A DNA stretch of 64,000 nucleotides from Acutalibacteraceae bacterium (GTDB lineage Bacteria; Bacillota; Clostridia; Oscillospirales; Acutalibacteraceae), in the NCBI GenBank assembly GCA_045614765.1, contig JAZLDN010000052.1, positions 341-64,340 on the forward strand. Direction: 5' to 3'. Position 1 is the stretch's first letter. Each line of letters begins with the position of its first letter. Positions 1 through 9,530 of the stretch are shown here, in pieces. The position numbers and the translations under genes were made by a program. The notes beneath the pieces were generated by a model, which worked only from the letters and a program-made list of their open reading frames with translations, had not been told where the DNA came from and ran no database searches.

Positions 1-300
1 GCTATGGCAGTAGTAAGCTGCTTCTCATGGGAGGGTGTTCACTCACTTCTTATAACTCTCGGTCTTGTTGTTAATACTATTTGTATGGGTGTTTTCGATG
101 CAAGGAGCTTCCGCAAAACAATTCTTATCTCATCAACACTTATTCTTGCTTACAACTTATTTGCACTTTCATACAGTGGTATGTTAAGCGAATCCATATC
201 CCTTATTTCAGTTGTTATTGGCATTATCCGCTACAGAAGCACACCGGTGAAGGTTATCAGCACAACCGAAATCAGAACAACCGAAAAACTTGCAGCATAA
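1..300 (+). CDS. C-terminal part of a small polytopic membrane protein (YgjV-like); 5' end lies outside the window
   Basis: The ORF is open to the window edge. It has hydrophobic helices (LLITLGLVVNTICMGV, LISSTLILAYNLFAL, ISLISVVIGII) and is followed by a hairpin terminator. Confidence 0.45.
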   Translation, partial: AMAVVSCFSWEGVHSLLITLGLVVNTICMGVFDARSFRKTILISSTLILAYNLFALSYSGMLSESISLISVVIGIIRYRSTPVKVISTTEIRTTEKLAA

Positions 301-316
301 TAAAGCATAATTCAGA

Positions 317-349
317 AGCAACAGTATTGAATGTACTGTTGCTTTTTTT
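317..349 (+). terminator. rho-independent terminator
   Basis: 10-bp stem agcaacagta/tactgttgct with a 7-nt loop, followed by TTTTTT. Confidence 0.75.
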
Positions 350-368
350 GTTTTATGAGTGATATAAT
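339..368 (+). promoter_or_regulatory. sigma-A-type promoter with extended -10
   Basis: TTGCTT, 18-nt spacer, then TGaTATAAT (TATAAT at 363-368). Confidence 0.45.
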
Positions 369-404
369 GGGGTTGATAAAAAGAATTTGATATGGAGGGT
401 TATT

Positions 405-506
405 ATGACAGAAATTATTATGCAAGTAGCTATAGGCTTGTTTATAATTGTATTAGGTGTGCTTAATACTAAAGGTCATATTCTACCGCCATTGAAAATG
501 GAATGA
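405..506 (+). CDS. 33-aa hydrophobic micro-ORF (MTEIIMQVAIGLFIIVLGVLNTKGHILPPLKME)
   Basis: GGAGGG Shine-Dalgarno 5 nt upstream of the ATG. One predicted TM helix. Not in the ORF track because it is under 60 aa. Confidence 0.3.
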   Translation: MTEIIMQVAIGLFIIVLGVLNTKGHILPPLKME

Positions 507-595
507 AAAAGGTAAAGGAATATCCCGATGATAAAAATAAGATTTCTTACGCGTATGCTATAACACGCGAAGAGTGGAACTCACTTAACCGATAA
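503..595 (+). CDS. 30-aa hydrophilic micro-ORF overlapping the previous one by ATGA (MKKVKEYPDDKNKISYAYAITREEWNSLNR); possibly the frameshifted remainder of one gene
   Basis: ATGA stop/start overlap at 503-506. No RBS of its own. Confidence 0.2.
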   Translation: MKKVKEYPDDKNKISYAYAITREEWNSLNR

Positions 596-610
596 ATTCC
601 AATTTGACGA
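585..610 (+). repeat. direct repeat copy A flanking the methyltransferase gene
   Basis: TTAACCGATAAATTCCAATTTGACGA. It matches 1387-1409 apart from a 3-nt indel and one mismatch. Confidence 0.7.
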
Positions 611-622
611 GGTGATAACGAT

Positions 623-1378
623 ATGAGCATTACCCAGACTTTTTATGATAATCTGGCTTCTCAATATGATAAACTGTTTCTTGATTGGCAAGCCACCACA
701 CAGGAACAGGCTGTAATTTTGGATAGAATCTTTGCGACCAATGGTTTTGACAAAACTGCAAATGTTCTCGACTGTGCCTGTGGCATCGGAACACAGGCAA
801 TCGGCCTTGCTGCCATCGGTTACAATGTAACGGGTTCGGACATTAGTGATGGAGAAATCGCTGAAGCAAAGGAACGAGCCGCAAAGAATAATGTAAGTGT
901 TCACTTTGAGCACGCTGACTTCTGTGCTTTGAAGAATACCTTTGCCGAGCAGTTTGACATTGTGATTGCTATGGACAATGCTCTACCTCATATGCTTACT
1001 GCCAATGATTTGGAATCTGCGATTAAGAGTATCGTAAATCAAATTAAGTATGGTGGTATGTTTGTTGCCAGTATTCGCGATTATGATGCTCTGCTTATGG
1101 ATAAGCCACCTTATTCGCCTCCCTATATTCACAAAACAGTAAAAGGACAAAGAGTATCTTTCCAGACTTGGCAATGGAATGGTGATAACTACAGACTAAT
1201 CCAGTATATCGTCGATGATGAAGATACCTTGCAAGTAAGCAAATTTGAATGTGAATACAGGGCCACCCGTAGAGAGGAAATGACAAAATTACTTATAGAA
1301 AACGGATGTAGTAATGTGGTGTGGATGTTCCCCGAAGAAACAGGGTTCTACCAACCTATTGTAGTTGCGAAGAAATAA
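623..1378 (+). CDS. class I SAM-dependent methyltransferase
   Basis: Motif I 'VLDCACGIGTQ', acidic post-I 'GSDIS' and motif 'DIVIAMDNAL'. 251 aa. Confidence 0.8.
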   Translation: MSITQTFYDNLASQYDKLFLDWQATTQEQAVILDRIFATNGFDKTANVLDCACGIGTQAIGLAAIGYNVTGSDISDGEIAEAKERAAKNNVSVHFEHADFCALKNTFAEQFDIVIAMDNALPHMLTANDLESAIKSIVNQIKYGGMFVASIRDYDALLMDKPPYSPPYIHKTVKGQRVSFQTWQWNGDNYRLIQYIVDDEDTLQVSKFECEYRATRREEMTKLLIENGCSNVVWMFPEETGFYQPIVVAKK

Positions 1379-1386
1379 CGAATGTG

Positions 1387-1409
1387 TTAACCAAATTCCA
1401 ATTTGTCGA
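1387..1409 (+). repeat. direct repeat copy B flanking the methyltransferase gene
   Basis: TTAACCAAATTCCAATTTGTCGA. See copy A at 585-610. Confidence 0.7.
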
Positions 1410-1420
1410 ACTAAAAACTA

Positions 1421-1452
1421 AAGGAGCTGACTTTTGATCAGCTCCTTTTTTT
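1421..1452 (+). terminator. rho-independent terminator
   Basis: Stem aaggagctga/tcagctcctt, then a T-run. Confidence 0.8.
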
Positions 1453-1713
1453 GTATATGCAGTAAAGTTTTTACACTTGAAAGTTTATACTAAACACAAG
1501 TGAAGTAGGGGAAGGGGCTTAGCAGATCATTGTATCGTATCCCCAAAAGTGTACTGACGATGAAAGTAAGCGTCAATACCCTTAACTCACAATTGAATAC
1601 CCAAAAGTTGCAAAAACTACTCGGGAATAAAACATGGAGCGATTATGTTTTTGTTGTAGGATTTGTCGTTTCGAGATCAGTTGAAAAATCTGTTTTATAC
1701 AACAAATATATTT

Positions 1714-4700
1714 TTACCAAAGATTAACAGTTGGAATTAATGTGTTTTCATAGTAATAATTCACACCATTCGAGGATATTTCAGTACTACTTTGGCCTAA
1801 AACATTGTAATAAGTATGTGCATGAATTTTAGTTCTGATATCGTTAGGCTTTCCGTTACTGAAGGAACCATACATTGAATGCACAACGTTATTGATAATA
1901 TGGGTATTTGCCACATTGTAGTTGGTTTGCTGAATAGCACCAAGGTAATTAGAAACAACAAATGTGTTGTACCCGGAAGCAAGAGCCAAAATACCCGTGT
2001 CAGGACCACGATAGTCGCTACTGCCGGAGTATGCATATTTTCTGAAAATGTTTCTTTCAATAATGGTGCCTCTCATTCCTGCCCAGCCATCCTCAAGGTC
2101 AAGAGAACGACCTCCGCCGTAAAGCAGCCCATCTCCGGATACGTAATTATCATGAATCCAGCAAGCCTCAGTAGCACCAATAACAGATGCCAATCCAACG
2201 GCACCATTTATAATATCAGTGTTTTTGATTTCACAGAATCTTGATGATTCATCAGGACAAATTCTAACATATTCATCCGTGCCAGTGGGAAGCTCGCTTT
2301 GCTGAATAGATAATTTAAAGTAAACAGCATTCTCGGGTTTGTTGGAGTAGCCCTCGTCAACATATTGCCATCTGTTAGAATCTATTAGATTGTAATTCTT
2401 ATCATACCATAAAATATCATACAAACGCTGAGTTGCCGCAACAAGATCGTGCTCCCAATTACCAATATAATATTCGTGCATTGTATCCATTCCGTTAGCG
2501 GCCTTGGATACTGAATAAAAGTCATTGGTGCTTATCCAGTTAGAGCTTTCAATCAATTCGCCACTATCATTTAACCATCCTGATACGAACTCGTTTGCGG
2601 CGATACTGCCTTGTGCACCATTAACTAATTCAGAGTTGCCTTTTCCTCCCATTGTTATAAAGAAGCCGGTTGGGCAGTTGGCTTCCCGTACTTCAACAGA
2701 GCAAAATTCTGCCCGCTTTCCGATACTTAACAGTTTGCAACCCCATTGATATTGATTAGCGCCTGAATAAAGCTCGCTTGTTGTAGCGTTCTCCTTGTAG
2801 AATTCGCCATAATATTTATCAATAATCAAATGTGCATCTCTGCAATAATAAGCAAGGATGTTGCCATTCTCATCCGTTTCAACAGAAGCTTTTTCGGTGG
2901 GGATATCGCAGCTCCACCAGCCCCAGCCCATTCTGAAATAAGTATAGCCCTCAGTTTTAGCTTTTTCACTTGGCATCATATGGAAAACAGAGCCTTCAGG
3001 AAATTCAACTGTCATTCCGCTTGGAATATAGAATTCAGTTTCAGTAGGAACAGCATAGAAATCAATTTCGGGAAAAATAATGTGATTATAACCATCTGTG
3101 TACGCTTCTGAGATAGCATCATAAATAGCGTTGGTGGTCATTACGTAGTCGCTTTCAGAAAACGAGTTTCCGTTTTTACTGGTATAGTTTTCCGAAATTT
3201 TCACAGAAATGTCATTTGTTGCTTGTTTGTTTACAATTTTGATTTCGCAGCTATCAGATATTTCAGTGCCTCTTAATGTTGCTGTAATAGTAACTGTTCC
3301 GGTTTTTTGAGGAATAATCATTCCATCGATTACTAAGGCTACGGTTTCATCTGAAGATTTCCATGAAACATCGTATTGGTCGGAAACACCATCATGATTT
3401 ACATTAAATGGATAAGGAACTGCGGATAGTGCATACTTGTATCCCATAGGCAAGGTTTCAGGTTTTTTTATAATATGAACACTTTCGTATTTGCTATGAT
3501 CAATTCCAAGGTCCGGCTCAACATAATCAGAAATAGTGTAATTTAATGTCATTCCATTTCCATCGTTAATAGAATAATTGCCTGCCTTGGTACTGGTATT
3601 ATACCATTCAGGAATACCATATTGTCCGGCTTTAGTAAATGCGAAGGCACTTCCCAATCCTGTAATACCGTTATTAACACGACCAACAATCGTATCAGTG
3701 TCTGCATTCAGAGAAATTCTGGTGTCAGCAAAATGGTCAGCCATCTCTTCTTTTGTGAGTTTTTCAGAATATACTATAAATTCTTTGAATTGATGTTCAG
3801 TTGATAAATTGAAAGTACTATTAATGAAATTAGACCAATGTGCTTTTTCAACATAATCATCATTAATTTGCATTGCATGAGTAGATTGATTCTTATCGAA
3901 AGCCAGACACCAATAAGATTCGCCGTCATTCATAACTCTCTTGTTATAATTCAAAGAAGGTCTTAATGTGAAATTAGTACCAATCTGTCCTCCTCCGAAA
4001 GGAGTTTTTATTAGTCCCCAATTGGCAGGGTTGACAGCTTCCTGAAACAAAAATGTTCCGCCGTAATAACTCAAACCATTTCCAACAGGTAAATCTGTTG
4101 ATAATCTATTGTAGACCATAACGGCTTCAACGCTTGCTTTTTCATAAGATGAAGGAAGCTTAACCTTTCCACCTTTGAAATAACCGTCGTCATCTACAAC
4201 AGCATTTTCCATTTCTTCACCGTTGACAAGATTAATGACTTTGTCGTTAACTGTTGTATAATATGCAACAATTCGGGCATCTAAATTAAGTTTATCAATT
4301 GATCTTTCTTCGTTTCCTGTACAAACAGAGCAGCTTCTTTTTTCTTTTCCTGCCGATAAAGCAGTGGCTGGAATTTCAGCTTTCCATTCGCTCCAATTAT
4401 GCCCTTGAGTGTCTGTGTAATTACAATCTGCACAATCTCTGCTATGTGTGCCGTCGCCATTATCTTCATATACACCTAACGCGTGAGGTTTTTTAGTAAC
4501 AATTTCTATTGTTTTTGTTCCTGCAATGTTGTTTTCGAATGTTGCGGTGTATTTCACTTTGCCGTCTTCTGTACAGGTTGCTTCTTTAAGTGTTTCGTTC
4601 GTCGCGTTAACAATTTCCGTTGCAATTTTCTGGTTGCAAAGGGAACACATTGCAGTTGCTGTGCAGATTGTGTAGTTGTTTGCCCAACTGTAATAAACCT

Positions 4701-5316
4701 TTGCAGCATCTTCACATTCGGTATATAAAATTTCACCATAGATAGCAGTAAGTTCAGTTAAATCCTCTTCACTTAACTTACCATCACCATTGATATCGGA
4801 TGCATATTTTTCAGCAGTTGAAAGCTTTGATGGGTTTTCTAATGCATGTTTAATTGCTATCAAATCTGCTTCCTCAAATGCTTTACCGTTGCAATTGTAG
4901 TCGCCGACTGTATAAACATCAACAGTTGCAAAGCCATTAATTATAAGGTTCATAAGGTGAGCATCCAAAACGTCAAGGTAACCGTCACCATTTAAATCAT
5001 AACGGATAATATCATCATAGCTTGCAGTTTCAATCTGTTCGTGGTTATCTGCAAGGATTGTGTTCACAAGTGCCTGATAATCGTTCACATCAATAATTCC
5101 GTCATCATTGATGTCACCAATATTTGAAACGGAGTAGTTATCAGTTTCACCGATCTCAACAGCCTTATAAAACTCGTTATCTGTAAGTATTGGTTGTGAG
5201 GCTTCTGTTGTTTCCTCCCAAATCGCCGCACTTGCCTGAATAACCGTCGTTGGTAGCATTGTTGTAATAATCAATAATGCGATTATAACGGATAAGATTT
5301 TCGTTATTTCTTTCAT
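1714..5316 (-). CDS. 1200-aa secreted multidomain protein: signal peptide, N-terminal dockerin repeats, Cys-rich segment, LamG/concanavalin-like region, Big_2 domain, C-terminal beta-helix-like region
   Basis: Signal peptide ending 'VIQASA'. Four EF-hand dockerin segments (DINDDGIIDVND, DLNGDGYLDVLD, DYNCNGKAFEEAD, DINGDGKLSEEDL). 'VSWKSSDETVALV..GTVTITATL' is Big_2-like. AAAGGA RBS. Confidence 0.75.
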   Translation of the reverse strand: MKEITKILSVIIALLIITTMLPTTVIQASAAIWEETTEASQPILTDNEFYKAVEIGETDNYSVSNIGDINDDGIIDVNDYQALVNTILADNHEQIETASYDDIIRYDLNGDGYLDVLDAHLMNLIINGFATVDVYTVGDYNCNGKAFEEADLIAIKHALENPSKLSTAEKYASDINGDGKLSEEDLTELTAIYGEILYTECEDAAKVYYSWANNYTICTATAMCSLCNQKIATEIVNATNETLKEATCTEDGKVKYTATFENNIAGTKTIEIVTKKPHALGVYEDNGDGTHSRDCADCNYTDTQGHNWSEWKAEIPATALSAGKEKRSCSVCTGNEERSIDKLNLDARIVAYYTTVNDKVINLVNGEEMENAVVDDDGYFKGGKVKLPSSYEKASVEAVMVYNRLSTDLPVGNGLSYYGGTFLFQEAVNPANWGLIKTPFGGGQIGTNFTLRPSLNYNKRVMNDGESYWCLAFDKNQSTHAMQINDDYVEKAHWSNFINSTFNLSTEHQFKEFIVYSEKLTKEEMADHFADTRISLNADTDTIVGRVNNGITGLGSAFAFTKAGQYGIPEWYNTSTKAGNYSINDGNGMTLNYTISDYVEPDLGIDHSKYESVHIIKKPETLPMGYKYALSAVPYPFNVNHDGVSDQYDVSWKSSDETVALVIDGMIIPQKTGTVTITATLRGTEISDSCEIKIVNKQATNDISVKISENYTSKNGNSFSESDYVMTTNAIYDAISEAYTDGYNHIIFPEIDFYAVPTETEFYIPSGMTVEFPEGSVFHMMPSEKAKTEGYTYFRMGWGWWSCDIPTEKASVETDENGNILAYYCRDAHLIIDKYYGEFYKENATTSELYSGANQYQWGCKLLSIGKRAEFCSVEVREANCPTGFFITMGGKGNSELVNGAQGSIAANEFVSGWLNDSGELIESSNWISTNDFYSVSKAANGMDTMHEYYIGNWEHDLVAATQRLYDILWYDKNYNLIDSNRWQYVDEGYSNKPENAVYFKLSIQQSELPTGTDEYVRICPDESSRFCEIKNTDIINGAVGLASVIGATEACWIHDNYVSGDGLLYGGGRSLDLEDGWAGMRGTIIERNIFRKYAYSGSSDYRGPDTGILALASGYNTFVVSNYLGAIQQTNYNVANTHIINNVVHSMYGSFSNGKPNDIRTKIHAHTYYNVLGQSSTEISSNGVNYYYENTLIPTVNLW

Positions 5317-5441
5317 AAAAACATCCTTTTTATTAACTAAGATGAATTACAATACAATTATACGATTTAATTGTAGCAAGTTTTCAGGAAAAACACAAGA
5401 AATTTTATTAACCCTTGGAATGTTACTACATTATGATATAC

Positions 5442-5476
5442 AAAAGACCGGATAGACTCCGCTATCCGGTCTTTTG
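5442..5476 (-). terminator. rho-independent terminator downstream of the phosphoesterase gene
   Basis: Stem gaccggatag/ctatccggtc flanked by A/T runs. Confidence 0.7.
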
Positions 5477-5487
5477 TGGATTTATTT

Positions 5488-6741
5488 TTAATCTGCATAT
5501 GTTACTTGTCGCCCGGTAACAGCTTCTATAAATTTACCATAAACATCTGTTGCAAATTTCTGGATTTTGCCTTTTATAGCGAACTCAAATGCCATCATGT
5601 ATGTGGCTTTATCGCCATTTTGTCTCTCTTCTTTTACGGTATCAAAATCGTATATATCAAATATACGTACTACTCGTGTTTCGTAGCTTGATGTATTGTT
5701 TTCATCAACTTCAATTACGCGGTAGCCGCATTGTGTGGAGTGGAAAAGGCTTATATAACGTGTACTGAGAGAATTAACAATGTTAATTCCTTTATGCTCA
5801 ACAGCAAAAGCGTTTGTGTGGTCGTGCCCTGTGAACATTGCAAGGACGTCGCCCTTTTCTACCATTGCATCAAACTGACCGTAATTCTCATATCCCGGGC
5901 AAGGAGTTTCTCTTATTGTACCGTAATTCACGCGGTCAGGGTCAAACATATAGTATTCTTCTTTGTTGTACAAATGCTTGTACGAATAAGATTTCCAGGC
6001 GTCTGATTTTTGAAGAGCATCATAGATTTCGCCTACGATTATATGCTGGAATACAAGGGAATTTACTACTTTACCGTTATTTTCTGTTTTGAGTTTGTCA
6101 GAGGTTTGCTTATACCATTCAATCTGGACAGGTTTAACACAGCTATATCTACCTTCTTCATCATAATCACCTGAGTCGAACACCCATAGATTGAATTTCA
6201 CCTTTTCTCCATCGGAAGAAAGTACAGGAATGTTATATGTACCGCAACCTGAAAGTTCTTTGCCATCATCTACTGAAACTGAGCAAGAGAATGTGTTGTA
6301 GTATGCCATTAATTCTTCTCGCGTCATTGAACCTTGTTCTGAATCGTGATTGCCAAAGGTTACTGCAACGGGAATATTTCTTGAATCAAAAATATTCATT
6401 AATGCGTTAATCATTTTCTTGGTGTCTTCTGAATTTTCGCAGTTCAGGACAATATCACCTGTCAGCATAACAATATCAGGCTTTTCCTTCTCGCAAGCTC
6501 TCTCAATCAACCAAATTGTGGGGTCAAAGTTGTGGTTAGATTTTAAATGTGTGTCAGTAACATGTAAAATTTTTAGCTTTCCGTCTGAATTGAACTTAAT
6601 TGTTTTATCCGTTTTGTTCTCAATATCTGCAGGGTTATAATTAACTCCGCTATAATCAGGTCTTAATAAAGGCACTGAAATTCCTATGGCTATAACAACA
6701 ACCAATACTAACGAAAAGCCTAATATAATTCGCTTTTTCAT
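5488..6741 (-). CDS. membrane-anchored calcineurin-like metallophosphoesterase
   Basis: Motifs 'HVTDTHL', 'TGDIV', 'GNHD' and 'TGHDH'. N-terminal TM helix. Confidence 0.8.
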   Translation of the reverse strand: MKKRIILGFSLVLVVVIAIGISVPLLRPDYSGVNYNPADIENKTDKTIKFNSDGKLKILHVTDTHLKSNHNFDPTIWLIERACEKEKPDIVMLTGDIVLNCENSEDTKKMINALMNIFDSRNIPVAVTFGNHDSEQGSMTREELMAYYNTFSCSVSVDDGKELSGCGTYNIPVLSSDGEKVKFNLWVFDSGDYDEEGRYSCVKPVQIEWYKQTSDKLKTENNGKVVNSLVFQHIIVGEIYDALQKSDAWKSYSYKHLYNKEEYYMFDPDRVNYGTIRETPCPGYENYGQFDAMVEKGDVLAMFTGHDHTNAFAVEHKGINIVNSLSTRYISLFHSTQCGYRVIEVDENNTSSYETRVVRIFDIYDFDTVKEERQNGDKATYMMAFEFAIKGKIQKFATDVYGKFIEAVTGRQVTYAD

Positions 6742-6949
6742 TTTCTCATCCCCAAAACAAGCTTTGTTATATAAATAATTATACCATTACCACCAAGGAA
6801 AAGCAATAAAAAGGCACCGCGGAAGGGGTTTTGTGGGTTAAAGTTCTGCTATTAAAATCTTAAATTTAAAAAAGAGGTATAAACTGTTGAAAACAGCAAA
6901 CCTTTGTGGTATATTTTTCTTATACAATGTTTATTTTGAGGTGTGTTTA

Positions 6950-7795
6950 ATGGCAAAGTGGATTGATAACAAAACAGTAATTATTACAGGTGCATCAAGC
7001 GGTATCGGCAAAATGCTTGCAGAAAGACTTATGAAAGAGCATAATTGTAAGGTAATTGGTGTTGCAAGAAGCGAAAAGAAAATGCTCAATTTCATTGAGG
7101 AGCTTGGCGATTATGCAAAATTATTTTCTTATAAGCTTTTTGACGTTTCAAGCTATGATAACTGGCAGAATTTCCACGATTGGCTTGTAGAAAACAATAT
7201 CAATCCTGATGTTCTTATTAATAATGCTGGTGTTCTTCCTCGTTTTGACAGACTTATGAACTACACAAAAGAAGAAATTGATGAATCAATCAATATTGAC
7301 TTCTACTCAGCAGCTTATTCTTCAAAAATTATGCTTCCTCTTCTTATGAAGAGCGAAACTCCTGCAATTATAAACGTTGCATCATCTGCAGCGCTTATGG
7401 CTCTCGGCGGAACATCAATGTATTCTGCAAGTAAGGCAGCGGTTAAAGGCTTAACCGAGGCTATGCGAGAAGAGCTCAGAGGCGAAGCTTACATAGGTCT
7501 TGTTTGCCCAGGCTTCACAAAAACTGATATTTTCAGAAACCAGGGTGAAACAAACGGAATGGATCTTATAAATATGGTTTCAACTCCTTGCGACAAGGCA
7601 GTTAATAAAATCCTCAAAGGTATACTCGGTAAAAAATCATATATCGTTGTAGGCTTTGATGGTAATGCAATGGGCAGATTCAACCGCCTTATGCCTGTTC
7701 AGGGTTCAAGACTTTTCAGCTCAGTAATCAAAGCATTCAAAATCGACCTTTTCGCTTCAACCTTCGGTTATGAAAAGAAGGGTGAAAAGAAATAA
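6950..7795 (+). CDS. short-chain dehydrogenase/reductase (SDR) family oxidoreductase
   Basis: 'TGASSGIG', 'NNAG' and 'YSASK' motifs. I prefer the ATG at 6950 (MAKWIDNK) over the upstream TTG at 6887 used by the track. Confidence 0.85.
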   Translation: MAKWIDNKTVIITGASSGIGKMLAERLMKEHNCKVIGVARSEKKMLNFIEELGDYAKLFSYKLFDVSSYDNWQNFHDWLVENNINPDVLINNAGVLPRFDRLMNYTKEEIDESINIDFYSAAYSSKIMLPLLMKSETPAIINVASSAALMALGGTSMYSASKAAVKGLTEAMREELRGEAYIGLVCPGFTKTDIFRNQGETNGMDLINMVSTPCDKAVNKILKGILGKKSYIVVGFDGNAMGRFNRLMPVQGSRLFSSVIKAFKIDLFASTFGYEKKGEKK

Positions 7796-7845
7796 GCGGA
7801 ATGTTTTTTCCTTTTGTTTGAAAACACAGCTTTATAAAAATACAA

Positions 7846-7874
7846 GGAGCAGGCTTCGGTCTGCTTCTTTTTTC
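7846..7874 (+). terminator. rho-independent terminator
   Basis: 9-bp stem with a TTCG tetraloop, then TTTTTT. Confidence 0.7.
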
Positions 7875-7953
7875 GTTTGTACAATAAAATTACACACAGA
7901 GAATTTTTGAACATAAAAAACTAACACTTGATTGTATTAGTGCACCAAAATAC

Positions 7954-7982
7954 TTGAAAACATTGAAAAATAATGTTAAAAT
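7954..7982 (+). promoter_or_regulatory. sigma-A promoter
   Basis: TTGAAA, 17-nt spacer, then TGtTAAAAT. Confidence 0.5.
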
Positions 7983-8010
7983 CTACTAAATTGCTAATAT
8001 CGGAGATGAT

Positions 8011-9528
8011 ATGATGTTCAAGAAGAAAACAAAGCCCTTAACTGGGTCAGCCCAAGATACGCTAATGACTAACGAGGGCAAGTACATTACAAAATTTGAA
8101 TATGTATGTATAATGCTTGCAAGAATCGGTGGTATGTTTGGTACTACTCTTACAGGTACACTTGCTGCAGCGTTTTTGCATGAGCTTTACTTTGGTCCTG
8201 TTGGTGTAAGCTCAGATGAAATTGCGTCAATTCTTGCTGTGCAGTCAACCCTTACAACTGTTTTGGGTATTGCTATCGGTGCTATTTCAGGTATCATTGT
8301 TCAAAAGTGGAAAACCCGTTGGGGCAGATATCGTCATTGGTACATAATTTGTCTTGTGCCTATATTTGTACTTACAGCTTTATTTTTCTACGTTCCGAAG
8401 GGATGGACAGTTGAACAGATGACCTTGTTCCGTTACGGAATAGCATGCTGTCAGACCGTGTTTAACACATTTAATAACTTCGGACAGAATATTGTTCAGG
8501 TTATCTCTCCAAACCATAAGGAAAAGAAGAACGTTGCAACAATATGGCAGTTGGCATACTATATCGGTTACGGCGGAGCCTATATTGCAACCTTCGTTTA
8601 TGGACTTTTCAGTGACGACAAGAATGCAATGTATATGACTTTGGCTCTTGTTGCTGCCGGCGTAACAGCTTTCGGTAATCTTATGTGCGCTCTTTTCTGT
8701 AAGGAAAGAATCGAGCTTCCAAAGAAAGAAAAGGTTAAAATTTCTAAGGCATTGTTCTCTCTTTTCAAATACAAAAACTACAGAGCTTACCACGCAATGC
8801 AGTGGGTTAATGCATTTGCATGGCTTGGAAGAATGTCAACTTATCTTGCTGCAATAACAGTTGGCTCTTCAAAGAACCTTCTTCTTACTCTTCCTACAGC
8901 CGTTGGTACAGTTGTTGGTAATGTTATTGCCACAAAGCTTTCAAAGAAATATGAGCCTACAAAACTTCTCAAACTCTGTGGACCATATTCACTTATATCA
9001 GCAGGTGTCCTTTTCGGTATTTGTTTTGTTGAAGCTCAGTTTGACATAATGTTCTTCACCGGTTGGAACAGTATTTTCTTCTATGTGTTCTACTTTGTTT
9101 TTGGTATTGGTATCGGTATTCAGGAGCTTTCAAACTCTCATTTCAATGTAGAATTCCTTGACTATCTTGAGTGGCAGTGTGGCGAAAGAATGGAAGCTAT
9201 TCAGGGTATTGTTCCCGGTTGGATTAACTCTGGTTGTAACTACCTTAAAGAACTTGCAATTCCGTTTATGATTGCTTGGGCAGGATATATGTCCTCTGCA
9301 GAAGGCGACCTTGTTGCTACAATGCAGGCTCAGCCTGACTATCTTGATACATGTCTTAAAATTCTCGCATTCCTTCTCTTCGGCTACACTACAGCCAATG
9401 TCCTTAAGGCTATCATCCTTAAATTGTTCTATGACGTTGAGGGTGAGAAGAAGGAGCAAATGTATCGTGAGCTTGAAGTTATAAGAGCAAAACGCCACGA
9501 AGAAAATCTCGCTATAGAGGAGAAGTAA
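8011..9528 (+). CDS. MFS transporter, glycoside-pentoside-hexuronide (GPH)-like
   Basis: About 12 hydrophobic segments. 'KWKTRWGRYRHW' loop resembles the GPH signature. GGAGA RBS. Confidence 0.65.
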   Translation: MMFKKKTKPLTGSAQDTLMTNEGKYITKFEYVCIMLARIGGMFGTTLTGTLAAAFLHELYFGPVGVSSDEIASILAVQSTLTTVLGIAIGAISGIIVQKWKTRWGRYRHWYIICLVPIFVLTALFFYVPKGWTVEQMTLFRYGIACCQTVFNTFNNFGQNIVQVISPNHKEKKNVATIWQLAYYIGYGGAYIATFVYGLFSDDKNAMYMTLALVAAGVTAFGNLMCALFCKERIELPKKEKVKISKALFSLFKYKNYRAYHAMQWVNAFAWLGRMSTYLAAITVGSSKNLLLTLPTAVGTVVGNVIATKLSKKYEPTKLLKLCGPYSLISAGVLFGICFVEAQFDIMFFTGWNSIFFYVFYFVFGIGIGIQELSNSHFNVEFLDYLEWQCGERMEAIQGIVPGWINSGCNYLKELAIPFMIAWAGYMSSAEGDLVATMQAQPDYLDTCLKILAFLLFGYTTANVLKAIILKLFYDVEGEKKEQMYRELEVIRAKRHEENLAIEEK

Positions 9529-9530
9529 AA

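Noticed and set aside
81-362. 93-aa + strand ORF overlapping the first gene in another frame
   Set aside because: It is a shadow ORF of the membrane-protein gene. It has no RBS and runs through the terminator hairpin.
1530-1727. 65-aa + strand ORF (TTG start) in the spacer downstream of the methyltransferase
   Set aside because: It has no SD, its composition is low-complexity, and it runs into the stop region of the convergent 1200-aa gene. It is probably non-coding.
1797-4739. Many 60-120-aa ORFs on both strands inside the 1200-aa gene (for example 1879..2244, 2830..3111, 4483..4728)
   Set aside because: All are nested in or antisense to a long ORF with clear domain content. They are typical shadow ORFs.
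6887-6949. N-terminal extensions proposed by the track for several genes (6887, 10409, 13785, 19476, 20031, 34886, 34983, 45606, 49750, 55928, 60964)
   Set aside because: In each case an internal ATG with a proper SD gives the family-typical N-terminus. The extensions overlap upstream genes or lack an RBS.
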